Made by a program: the position numbers and the translations under genes. The notes under the pieces were generated by a model. The model did not search any database and was not told where the DNA came from. It saw nothing but the letters and a program-made list of their open reading frames with translations. Below, one piece after another: positions 8,860 through 18,505 of a stretch of 64,000 nucleotides of DNA (the first letter of the stretch is position 1; the number at the start of each line of letters is the position of its first letter). Source of the DNA: an uncultured Actinomycetes bacterium (GTDB lineage Bacteria; Actinomycetota; UBA4738; HRBIN12); assembly GCA_963817235.1 (NCBI GenBank), contig CAWFNS010000006.1, forward strand, positions 268,163 to 332,162, given 5' to 3'.

Positions 8860-10023
8860 ATGCGTGAGCTGAAACCGCTCGACCTGCTCGACATCGACGC
8901 CCTCCTCACCGACGAGGAGCGGCAGATCCGCGACCTCGCGCGCGATTGGGTGCGCGGCCGGATCCTCCCGGAGGTTGAGGAGTGGTACGAGCGAGGCGAG
9001 TTCCCCGCGCGCGAGCTGGCCAAGGAGCTCGGCGAGCTCGGGTTCTTCGGCATGCAGCTGCCGGGGATCGGCGACCTCGGGTCGGTGGCCTACGGCCTCG
9101 TCGAGCTCGAGCTCGAGGCCGGCGACTCCGGTCTCCGTTCGTTCGTGTCCGTGCAGAGCGCGCTGGCGATGTACGCGATCCATGCCTTCGGGTCGGACGA
9201 GCAGAAGGCGGCGTGGCTCCCGAGGATGGCCAGCGGTGACGCGATCGGCTGCTTCGGCCTATCCGAGCCGGATTCGGGGAGCGACCCCGGCTCGATGCGC
9301 ACGTTCGCGCGTCGCGACGGCGAGGACTGGGTCCTGTCGGGGACGAAGATGTGGATCACGAACGGCAGCTGCTCCGACGTCGCGGTCGTGTGGGCCGGCA
9401 CCGACGACGGCATCCGCGGCTTCGTCGTGCCGACCGAGACGCCCGGTTTCAGCGCGCCCGAGATCCACAAGAAGCTCTCGCTCCGCGCGTCGGTGACCTC
9501 CGAGCTGGTGATGGACGGCGTCCGCCTGCCCGCCGACGCGATGCTGCCCGGCGTGGAGGGGCTCAAGGGCCCGCTGTCGTGCCTGAACGAGGCCCGGTAC
9601 GGCATCGTCTGGGGCGTGATGGGCGCGGCTCGATCGTGCTTCGACACCGCGCTCACCTACGCGAAGGAACGGGTCCAGTTCGACCGGCCGATCGGCTCGT
9701 TCCAGCTGACCCAGAAGAAGCTGACGGACATGGCGCTGGAGCTGAACAAGGGCACGCTGCTGGCGTACCACCTCGGTCGGATGAAGGAGGACGGACGCCT
9801 GCGCCCCGAGCACGTCAGCATCGGCAAGCTGAACAACACGCGCGAGGCGATCGCGATCGCGCGCACCTGCCGCGGGATCCTCGGCGCGAACGGCATCACG
9901 CTCGAGTACCCGATCATGCGCCACATGACGAACCTCGAGTCCGTCCTCACGTACGAGGGGACCGAGGAGATCCACACGCTCGTGATCGGGCAGGCGCTGA
10001 CCGGGCTCCGCGCGTTCGTCTGA
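8860..10023 (+). CDS. gcdH: Glutaryl-CoA dehydrogenase (acyl-CoA dehydrogenase family)
   Basis: ATG 8860 after AAGGAGGA; MRELKPLDLLDIDALLTDEERQIRD..GCFGLSEPDSGSDPGSM..YEGTEEIHTLVIGQALTG. The track ORF 8584..10023 has a spurious N-terminal extension. Confidence 0.88.
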   Translation: MRELKPLDLLDIDALLTDEERQIRDLARDWVRGRILPEVEEWYERGEFPARELAKELGELGFFGMQLPGIGDLGSVAYGLVELELEAGDSGLRSFVSVQSALAMYAIHAFGSDEQKAAWLPRMASGDAIGCFGLSEPDSGSDPGSMRTFARRDGEDWVLSGTKMWITNGSCSDVAVVWAGTDDGIRGFVVPTETPGFSAPEIHKKLSLRASVTSELVMDGVRLPADAMLPGVEGLKGPLSCLNEARYGIVWGVMGAARSCFDTALTYAKERVQFDRPIGSFQLTQKKLTDMALELNKGTLLAYHLGRMKEDGRLRPEHVSIGKLNNTREAIAIARTCRGILGANGITLEYPIMRHMTNLESVLTYEGTEEIHTLVIGQALTGLRAFV

Positions 10024-10026
10024 GGC

Positions 10027-12445
10027 TCAGGCGCGGATCCGGTCGCCGGCCGGATCCCACAGCGGCGCGGAACGCACGACGGCGGGCACGCGCCGGTCGA
10101 ACACCCGGATCGCGAGCTCCGTCCCCGGCGCGGCGAGCTCGGCCGGCAGGGACGCGTACGCGATCGAGGCGTCCAGCGCGTAGCCGATGCCGCCGGAGGT
10201 CACCCGGGCCACGACGTCCTCGCCGGAGAACACCGGTTCGTTGCCGAGCACCATCAGGCGCGCGTCCTCCAGGACGAGGCACGAGAGCAGGCGCTGCGGC
10301 CGGCGCGCCGCGTCGAGGGCCTCCGCGCCGAGGAAGCCGCCGCCCTTCCGGACCGCGAACCCGAGCTCGGCCTCGTACGGGTCGTCCTCGGGCGTGATGT
10401 CCGTACCCCACGCGCGGTACCCCTTCTCGATGCGGAGCGAGTCGATCGCGCGGTAGCCGCCCGGGATCATGCCGTGCGGCGCGCCCGCCTCGAGCAGCAC
10501 ATCGCACAGGCGCGCCGCGAACTCGGTGGGGGGATAGAGCTCCCAGCCGAGCTCGCCGACGTAGGTGACGCGCAGTGCGAGGCAGGGGACGTCCTCCACG
10601 ACGATCCGGCGCGCGCGCATGAACGGGAAGGCGTCGTTCGAGAGGTCGTCGGTGCTGAGGGATCCGAGGATCGCGCGGGACGCCGGCCCCCACACGCCGA
10701 GGCAACCGAGGGAGGACGTGACGTCGCGGATCTCGACGTGCTCATCCCGGTGGTTGCTCCGCAGCCACGCGAGGTCGTGCGCGCCCGAGGCCGTCCCGGT
10801 CACCAGCAGGTACCGGTCCTCCTCCAGCCGCGTGACGGTCAGATCGCACTCGATGCCGCCGCGCGCGTTCAGCATCTGCGTGTAGACGACCGATCCGGGC
10901 TCGCGCGCCACGTCGTTCGCTGCCACCCGCTGCAGGAAGCCGGCCGCGTCCGGGCCGGTGACCTCGATCTTCGCGAAGCTCGACTCGTCGAACAGCGCCG
11001 CGCGTTCGCGGGCGGCGAGGTGCTCGGTCACGATCGCCGTCGACCAGTGTTCTCCCGCCCACCCGAACGGCCGCCGGTCCTCGTGGTCGGGGTCCTCGTT
11101 CGACGCGAACCAGTTCGCGCGCTCCCAGCCCGACTTCTCGCCGAACACGGCGCCGAGCGACCGCCAGGCGCGCGTACGTCGGCGACATCTTCAGGGGCCG
11201 GCCGGCCGTGCGCTCCTCGCCCGGATAGTGGATGTCGTAGTTCGTCGCGTAGATCTCGTAGGCGCGTGCGGTCGCGTACCGGCGCGACCGGTACTGCGGG
11301 CCGAGCCGGCGGACGTCCATCTTCCAGAGGTCCCAGGCCGGCTCGCCGTCCACGATCCAGTCGGCCAGCACCATGCCGATGCCGCCGGCGCCGGCGATCC
11401 CGTGCGCGCCGAACCCCGCCGCCACGAAGAAGCCGTCCACCTCGGTCGGCCCCAGGAGGAACTCGCCGTCGGGCGAGAACGCCTCGGGCCCGTTGATCAT
11501 CCGCGCGATGCCGGCGTCGCGGAGCGCCGGCACCAGGGACTGCGCGTTCTCGGCGATCGACGCGAACCGGTCCCAGTCTTCGGCCAGGAGGCGGTGGTTG
11601 AAGTCGGCGGGGGGGCCGTCCTGCACCATCCACGGGGCGGGGTCGCGTTCGTAGCCGCCCATGACGAGCCCGCCGCCCGCCTCGGCTCGGAAGTAGACGA
11701 GGCGGTCGGGATCGCGCATCGTCGGCATATCGGACCGGACGCCGGCGATCGGCTCGGTCAACACGTACTGGTGCTCGAACGGCACGACCGCGACCTCGAC
11801 GCCCGCCAGGTGCCCGATCTGCGTGGCGTAGATGCCGCCGGCGTTCACGACGACATCCGCGTCGATCGGACCGCCGTGCTCGGTCGTGACGCCGCGGACG
11901 CGGCCGTGTTCGACGGCGATGCCGGTCACGCGCGCGTGCGACCGGATCTCCGCGCCGCCCCGGCGCGCCCCCTCCGCCAGCGCCATCGCGAGGTTGCTCG
12001 GATCGATCTGGCCGTCGGTGGGGAGCCACGCCGCGCCCAGGATCCCGGCCGGGTCGAACAGCGGCCAGCGCTCGAGCGCCTCCTCCGTGGAGACGATCTG
12101 CAGCGGCAGGCCGAACGTCTGGCCCCATCCTTCGAGGCGCTCCAGTTCCTGCAGCCGTTCGGGCGAGGACGCCAGCCGCAGCGATCCGACCTCGCGCCAC
12201 GCGGGGTCGACGCCGGTCTCCGCGGCGAGCCGCCGGTACAGGTCCGTCGAGTGCATCATCATCCGGGTCAGCGTCACGCTCGAGCGGAGCTGCCCGACGA
12301 GCCCCGCCGAGTGGAACGTCGAGCCGCTCGTCAGCTCGTCGCGCTCGAGGAGCAGCACGTCCGGGTGGCCGCGCTGCACGAGGTGGTACGCGATCGACGT
12401 GCCGGCGACGCCGCCGCCGATCACGACGACGCGGGACGATCCCAT
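10027..12445 (-). CDS. Dimethylglycine/sarcosine oxidase-like fusion: FAD (DAO) domain plus folate-binding GcvT aminomethyltransferase domain; 1 frame break (~11155)
   Basis: MGSSRVVVIGGGVAGTSIAYHL..GSTFHSAGLV (ORF 10742..12586) continues after SPTYARLA as GAVFGEKSGWERANWF...YVGELGWELY...GYRAIDSLRIEKGY (ORF 10027..11148). Length is 3n+1. Confidence 0.8.
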
Positions 12446-13359
12446 CCGATCTCCTGCCCGGCGTCGGCCAGGGCGTCGTCCATCGCCAGCACGTCCGCGT
12501 TCGCGAGGAGCCTCGTGAAGTGCCGCTCGGCGTAGTTGACGTAGTCCACGTCGAGGGTCGAGATCGCCTGTTGCACGACGCCCCACATCGCCTCGCGGAA
12601 GTCGGACATCAGGCGCATCAGCGCGAGCCGCGCCCGGTGTGCGTCGGCGACCTCGCCGAAGTAGTGGCGGAGCAGGAGCTCCTGCGCCTGTGCGTCGAGC
12701 CCGTTGTTCACCGAGAGGTTCGCCAGGTCGAAGAACGGGTCGCCCATGCCGGCGTACTCGTAGTCCACGATCCAGACGTGATCGCCGTCGAGCAGGAAGT
12801 TCGCGTTCAGCAGATCGTCGTGGCAGGTCGTGAGCGGCGCGGGTGCCCGTGAGAACGCCGCCTCGATCCGGCCCGCAACCGCGTGGGCGTCGTCGTAGGC
12901 CGGCGGCACGCGGACGCCCCGGCCGGCGGCGATCCGCGCGTAGTCCTCGACGATGCGGAACACCGGGAAGCTCGACGGGATCGGCGGGCAGCCGTGGAAC
13001 GCACGGACCGACCGGACCACCGCTCCCAGCACGTCCTCGCGGCGCAGGTCCTCCTCGGGGATGTGCGCGCCGGGGACGAACCGCGTCACGAACACGTTGC
13101 CGTCATCCGGCAGGAACGCGACGACCTCCGGGCCCACGCCGGCGTCCGCCGCGGCGCTCGCCGCTCGGTACTCGTTCGCGCGATCGATCCCGAGCAGGTC
13201 CGTGTCGGCGCCCGGGATGCGCAGGACGAAGCGCTCGCCATCCACGGTCACGAGGTAGTTCCGGTTCGTGATCCCGCCCTCGAGCGGCTCGAACGCGATC
13301 TCGCTTCCAGCCCAGCCGGGGACGCGCCGGCAGACGTCCTCGACCTGCGGGTCGCTCAT
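12421..13359 (-). CDS. Phosphotransferase of the choline/ethanolamine kinase - aminoglycoside phosphotransferase (APH) fold
   Basis: ATG 13359 overlaps GS stop (ATGA). LEGGITNRNYLV, HDDLLNANFLLDGDHVWIVDYEYAGMGDPFFDLAN (Brenner and DxD motifs). Intact 312 aa; 3' end overlaps next gene by 25 nt. Confidence 0.8.
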   Translation of the reverse strand: MSDPQVEDVCRRVPGWAGSEIAFEPLEGGITNRNYLVTVDGERFVLRIPGADTDLLGIDRANEYRAASAAADAGVGPEVVAFLPDDGNVFVTRFVPGAHIPEEDLRREDVLGAVVRSVRAFHGCPPIPSSFPVFRIVEDYARIAAGRGVRVPPAYDDAHAVAGRIEAAFSRAPAPLTTCHDDLLNANFLLDGDHVWIVDYEYAGMGDPFFDLANLSVNNGLDAQAQELLLRHYFGEVADAHRARLALMRLMSDFREAMWGVVQQAISTLDVDYVNYAERHFTRLLANADVLAMDDALADAGQEIGWDRPASS

Positions 13360-14742
13360 CCGCGCTCGAAGTAGCGGGCGAGCTCCCAGTCGGTGACGAC
13401 CTGGTTGTCGAAGATGATCTGCTCCTGGACCGCCGTGTTCAGCAGGTGCTCGAACACGAAGTCGCCGAAGGCCTCGCGCGCCACGGTCGAGCCGCGGAAC
13501 GCCTCGATCGCCTCGTGCAACGAGCGACGGGTACGCGCGGCACGTCCTTCGCCTCGTAGGCGTTCCCCACGAACATCGCGGGGGGCTCGACCTGGTTGCG
13601 GATCCCCCACATGCCGCTGGCGATCGTCGCCGCGAACGCGAGGTACGGGTTCGCGTCGGCGCCCGGGGATGCGGCACTCGATGCGGAAGCCGGCGTGCTC
13701 GCCCACGGTGCGGAACCCGCACGTCCGGTTGTCCCGGCTCCAGACGATCGCCGTCGGCGCCCAGGAGCCCAGCTGGTAGCGCTTGTAGGAGTTCACGAAC
13801 GGCGCGTACATCCATGCCATCTCGCGCGCCGTCGCCATGAGGCCGCCGAGGTACCAGCGGAACGTGTCGGTCATGTGGTGCGGTCGCGTCGTCGTTGAAC
13901 GTCAGCGACTCGGTGCCGTCGGCGTTCCAGACGCTGGAGTGCAGGTGGCACGACGAGCCCGCCTCGGCCATCGTCCATTTCGCCATGTACGTGACCGCGA
14001 CGCCGTTCAGCGCCGCGATCTCCTTCGTCCCGTGCTTGTACATCGCGTGGTTGTCGGCGTTCGACAGGGCGTCGGAGTACGTGATGTTGATCTCGTGCTG
14101 GCCCTTGCCGAACTCGCCCTTCGAGAACTCGACCGGGATGCCGGCGCCCCGCATGCCGTTGCGCACCTGGCGGATGAACCACTCGTCCTTCGTGGTCTGC
14201 AGCATGTGGTAGTCCATGATGTACGGCGAGGACGGGCGCAGGTCCTGGTACCGGCGCTCCGCCAGCTCATCGAACGAGTCCTTGAAGAGGTAGAACTCGA
14301 GCTCGGAGCCGGTCTTCACCAGGAAGCCCATCTCGGCCGCCTTCGCGATCTGGTCCTTCAGGATCTGCCGCGGCGACACCGGGACCGGTTCGCTTGTCTC
14401 CTCGTCGGTGATGTCGCACAGGACCATCGCCGTCCGCTCGATCCACGGGCACCAGCGGAGCGTGCCGATGTCGGGGATCATCCGGAAGTCGCCGTAGCCG
14501 GTCTCCCAGCTGGCGTACTCGTAGCCGGGGAGCGGCTCCATCTCCATGTCGATCGCCAGCAGGTACAGGCACGCGTGGAGGCCCTCCTCGCCGAGGATCT
14601 CCTCGAGGAAGAAGTCGGGCAGGACGCGCTTGCCCACGTAGCGGCCCTGCAGGTCCGTGAACATGCACAGGACCGTGTCGATCGAACCCTCGTGCGCCAG
14701 TTCCTGGAGCTCCGCGACCGTGAGCATGCCCTGCTGCTGCAT
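13356..14742 (-). pseudogene. Glutamine synthetase family protein (type III/GlnA-like gamma-glutamyl-amine ligase, PuuA/GmaS-like), 3 frame breaks (~13875, ~13665, ~13535)
   Basis: MQQQGMLTVAELQEL..GSELEFYLF..EFSKGEFGKGQHEINI..SSCHLHSSVW (ORF 12421..14742), then MTDTFRWYLGGL..FVNSYKRYQLGSWAP..WSRDNRTCGFR (ORF 13356..13874), then GADANPYLAFAATIASGMWGI (third frame), then RSLHEAIEAF..DWELARYFERG-stop. AGGAGG 5 nt upstream of ATG 14742. Confidence 0.75.
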
Positions 14743-14762
14743 CGAACCTCCTCACGAAGATG

Positions 14763-14795
14763 CGAGAGGCGCGGTCCGCGGGACCGCGCCTCTCG
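14763..14795 (-). terminator. Perfect 15-bp GC-rich hairpin (3-nt loop) between permease and GS-like gene; intercistronic terminator/attenuator or mRNA-stabilising stem
   Basis: CGAGAGGCGCGGTCC-gcg-GGACCGCGCCTCTCG read directly; lies 15 nt after the permease stop and 20 nt before the GS ATG; no clear U-tract. Confidence 0.6.
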
Positions 14796-14810
14796 ACCGT
14801 TCCGAACCTC

Positions 14811-16484
14811 CTAGACGGATTCCAGTTCGCGCTCGATCGCCGCCAGCTCCTCCGGCGTCCCCATCACCTTCGGTCCCGTGAACCACTTCCGTGCCGAAAG
14901 CACGAACCAGAGTCCGACGACGACGAAGAGACCGCCCACGATGATCGGCGCGTGAAGTTGAAGACGTCGATGAACTTGATCGGTGGAGTCGCGGATCGCC
15001 GTCCGGTGCCCCAGTTGAACTGGGGAAGCATCAGCACGATGGTGATGAAGATCGACCCAGATCACCGCGATCCAGCCGATCGAGCTTGCTCCATCTCCCG
15101 AGGGTCCACGGTCCGGGCTTGAAGGCGTTCTTCGCTCGGAGTCGCAGAAGACCGGGATCACATAGGCGATGTAGAGCCCGATCACCCCGATCGCCGTCAC
15201 TGCGTAGTAGGCCACGATGCTGCCCTTCGCGTACGCCGGGACCAGGAGCAGCCAGGCGAGGACGGCGGCCAGCCAGATCGCGTTCGTCGGTGTGCGGGTG
15301 CGCCGGTTGATGGCGTGCCACAATCTGTGGCCAGGCACCGCCCCGTCCCGGCTGAACGCGTAGATCATGCGCGAGTTGGTCGTCACCGACGCCATACCGC
15401 AGAAGAACTGGGCGCCGATCACGATCACCATCGCGAACAGCGCGATGCTCTTCCCGAACGATTGCAGGAAGATCTGGGCGGGCGCTGCAAGCGTGGCGGT
15501 GACCGAGTAGTTGTAGCCGAGGGCGTTCGCGTAGCCGGTGTCCGGGTTCATCGCGTACCAGACGCCCAGCAACAGGATGTAGCCGAACACCACGGAGATC
15601 ACGATGGACTTCCAGATCCCGTTCGGTCCGGAGACGTCGGCCTGGTGGGTCTCCTCGGTCATGTGGGCGGACGCGTCGTACCCGGTCAGCGTGTACTGCG
15701 CGAGGAGCAGGCCGACCAGGAAGACGAACGTGGTGAGGCCGAGGAGTGGGACCGGGCTCGTGCTGAACCCCGTTCCGTTCATGAAGCCGGTGACCGTCCC
15801 GGTGCCCTGGGTCTGGCTGAAGTTGAAGATCGTCGAGAAGGGCACATGCGAGTCCGGCACGAAGAAACAGAGACCGAACACGATGAGCACCCCGGTGACG
15901 TGCCACCACACGCTGACGTCGTTGAAGAGCGCCACCAACCGCACGCCGAACGTGTTGAGCAGCCCGTGCACCGCCAGCACGACGGTGTACGTGATGATCA
16001 CGATCGTCTTGGTGACGACGACGTCGAACCCGATGTTCAGGAACGCGCAGACGAACGCCGTCAAGCCGAAGTCGATGCCGGCGGTGATCGCGACCTGACC
16101 GAGCAGGTTGAACCAGCCCGTGAACCAGGCCCACGCGGGTCCGTTGGTCTTCGCGAGCTTCGCCGACCAGTAGTAGAGGCCGCCCGCGGTGGGGTAACTG
16201 GAGCACACCTCCGCCATCGCCAGGCCGACGAGCGTCACGAAGAACCCCACGACGAGCCACCCGTAGGCGGAGGCGGCGGGACCGCCCTGCGTCATGCCAT
16301 ACCCGAACAGCGTGAGGCAGCCCGACAGGATCGAGATGATCGTGAAGGACACGGCGAAGTTCGAGAACCCGCTCATGCCCCTCTTGAGCTCTTGGGCATA
16401 GCCGAGTTCGTGGAGCCGGTCGACGTCGGCCTTCTCTGCCGCGTCCTTCGAGGCGCTCATGCTCGCGCCCGGCGTGTCAGCCAT
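14811..16484 (-). pseudogene. APC superfamily amino acid/amine permease, C-terminal region with about 4 compensating frame breaks (14950-15150)
   Basis: ORF 14811..16484 reads as 12-TM permease (GMSGFSNFAVSFTIISILSG..YPTAGGLYYW..) until ..YIAYVIPV. The expected sequence LLRLRAKNAFKPGPWTLGRWSKL is in the frame of ORF 15031..16260, IGWIAVIWV is back in the main frame, IFITIVLMLPQFNWG is in another, then the main frame resumes (IIVGGLFVVVGLW..). Confidence 0.75.
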
Positions 16485-16547
16485 GCGGTTCCCCTCTCCC
16501 TCGTACGGTGAGAACCTCGGAAGTTGCGCGTATTCAGGCGCGTAGGG

Positions 16548-16559
16548 GACAGGCCTGTC
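16548..16559. promoter_or_regulatory. 12-bp perfect palindrome GACAGGCCTGTC upstream of permease operon; possible operator
   Basis: Read directly; located 64-75 nt upstream of permease ATG (16484) in the 118-bp gap after the methyltransferase remnant. Confidence 0.3.
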
Positions 16560-16602
16560 AAGTTCGACCGTGCCGCACCGGCCGGCCGGGCTCGGTCCTC
16601 GC

Positions 16603-17677
16603 CTACCGGCCGAGCAGGTACAACCGGAACGAGTCGTGTTCGATGGGCAGGATCTCGAACCCGGAGAAGCCGGCCTCCAGCGCGTATCGGTGCAGCGTCG
16701 ACGGCCGCATCACCGTTCCGGTGGCGGCGGACGGTTGTTCGAACATCCCCGTGGGCAGGCAGTCCAGGACACTCCACCCGTAGAAGTACGCCTCGCGGTC
16801 GTCGCGCTCGCCGACGAACGCGTCGTTCGTTCGCTCGTCGACCACCAGCATCCGGCCGCCAGGCGCGAGCCCCTCGCGGACCGCTCGAAGGACCTCGACC
16901 GGGCGCGCCATGTCGTGGATGCACTCGAACGCGGTCGCCGCGTCGAAGGGGCCGTCGATGGGTGACCTCCGCGGCGTCCTCGCGGTGGAACCGAACGCGG
17001 TCGTCGCGATCTCGGCGGCGTCGGCGTTGTCGCGCGCCATCTGGATCGATGCCTCGTCGGGATCGAAGCCGTCCACCTCGGCGGATGGGTACGCCCGAGC
17101 GATGGCGATCGAGGACCAACCCGTGCCGCATCCGACGTCCGCGACCCGCGCCGGGCCGGCAGGAGCCGATCATGCACGGCGGGATCGCGGGGAGCCATTC
17201 GTTCGGCAGCGTGTCAGGAAGTCGGCCGGTTGCCGTCCCCCTGGCCCTCGACGCTCTCGCCCCGTACGCGTCATACGGGATCCCGCCGCCGTTCCGGAAC
17301 GCGTCGTCACGGCGTCGAGCGCGCCTGCAGGCTCACCAGCTGGCCGGACGGCGGCTCCGAGGTACCAGAGCGACTCTCCGTCGAGCAGGACCTCCGCGTG
17401 CGCCGGAGGCAGCGTGAACCGCGGCTCCGGGTCGGTGAGACGTCGGCGCGAGACGATCCCGCGGCTGGTCTGCTGTTCGAGCCATTCGCGCGCGTAGCGC
17501 TCGGTGGATCCCGGCCCGATCCGCGAGCGCCGTCGACGTCTGCGACCCGCCCTCGTCAAGCGATGCGTACAGCCCCAGTCGGAGCCCGACGTAGATCGAC
17601 AGGATGTCGAAGTAGCCGAGCGCCGAGGCGAACAGACGCTCGGCGAACGCGTCGCGCGCGACCCGCTGGTCGCTCAT
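16603..17677 (-). pseudogene. Class I SAM-dependent methyltransferase with N-terminal winged-helix/dimerisation region, heavily frame-disrupted (at least 6 breaks)
   Basis: Pieces in four track ORFs: MSDQRVARDAFAERLFASALGYFDILSIYVGLRLGLY (17333..18091), ERYAREWLEQQTSRGIV..LPPAHAEVLLDGES (17170..17559), DAFRNGGGIPYDAYG / LPNEWLPAIP and DRVRFHREDAAEVT (16457..17173), PARVADVGCGTGWSSIAIA..GPFDAATAFECIHDMARP..LAPGGRMLVVDE (16603..17076). ATG 17677 overlaps SDR stop (ATGA). Confidence 0.65.
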
Positions 17678-18456
17678 CCTTCGTCCACCGGCGTGACGTA
17701 CGCCGCCGTCAAGCCGCCGTCGACGATCAGCGACGCACCCGTCATGTAGCTGGAGTCGTCGGACGCCAGGAACAATGCGGCCTTGGCGAGCTCCTCGGCC
17801 TGTCCGAGCCGGCCCATCGGGATATGGACGAGTCGTCGCTGTCGCTTCTCTTCCGTGGACAGGAGCTCCATCAGCAGCGGCGTCTCGATCGGACCGGGGC
17901 ACAGCGCGTTGCACCGGATACCCTGCCGCGCGTACTCGACGGCGATCTCGCGGGTCATCGCGAGGACGGCACCCTTCGAGGCGGTGTAGGCCGTCTGGGA
18001 GGTCGCCGCGCCCATCCACGCGACGAACGATGCGACGTTGATGATCGACCCGCCACCCCCGGCGATCATCGCCGGCACGCCGAACTTGCATCCGAACGCC
18101 ACGCCCTTCACGTTCACGGCCAGGGTCAGATCCCAGATGTCCTCCGTGACGCGATGCACGGATCCGTCGTCGGGCAGCATCACGCCAGCGTTGTTGTAGA
18201 GGATGTTGAGCCCCCCGAAGGTGTCGACGGCCGCGTCGACCATCGCGGAGGCCTCTTCCTCCCGGGACACGTCGGCGTGAACGAACCGAGCTTCGGCGCC
18301 CGCGGCCCGGATGCTCGCCGCGGTCGCCGCGCCCGCAACATCGTTCACGTCGGTCAGCAGCACCCTGGCGCCCTCGCTCGCGAACAGTTCCGATGCGATC
18401 CGGCCCATGCCGCTGCCGCCCCCGGTGATCAGCGCGACCTTCCCATCCAGACGCAT
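17674..18456 (-). CDS. SDR family oxidoreductase (3-oxoacyl-ACP reductase-like)
   Basis: Intact 260 aa; TGGGSGMG cofactor motif, NNAG, YTASKGAV catalytic motif. Confidence 0.9.
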   Translation of the reverse strand: MRLDGKVALITGGGSGMGRIASELFASEGARVLLTDVNDVAGAATAASIRAAGAEARFVHADVSREEEASAMVDAAVDTFGGLNILYNNAGVMLPDDGSVHRVTEDIWDLTLAVNVKGVAFGCKFGVPAMIAGGGGSIINVASFVAWMGAATSQTAYTASKGAVLAMTREIAVEYARQGIRCNALCPGPIETPLLMELLSTEEKRQRRLVHIPMGRLGQAEELAKAALFLASDDSSYMTGASLIVDGGLTAAYVTPVDEG

Positions 18457-18505
18457 CCCGGGTGTCCTCCTCGTTCGCGAACCGGCCCTCAGGATCGCGC
18501 GGCGA

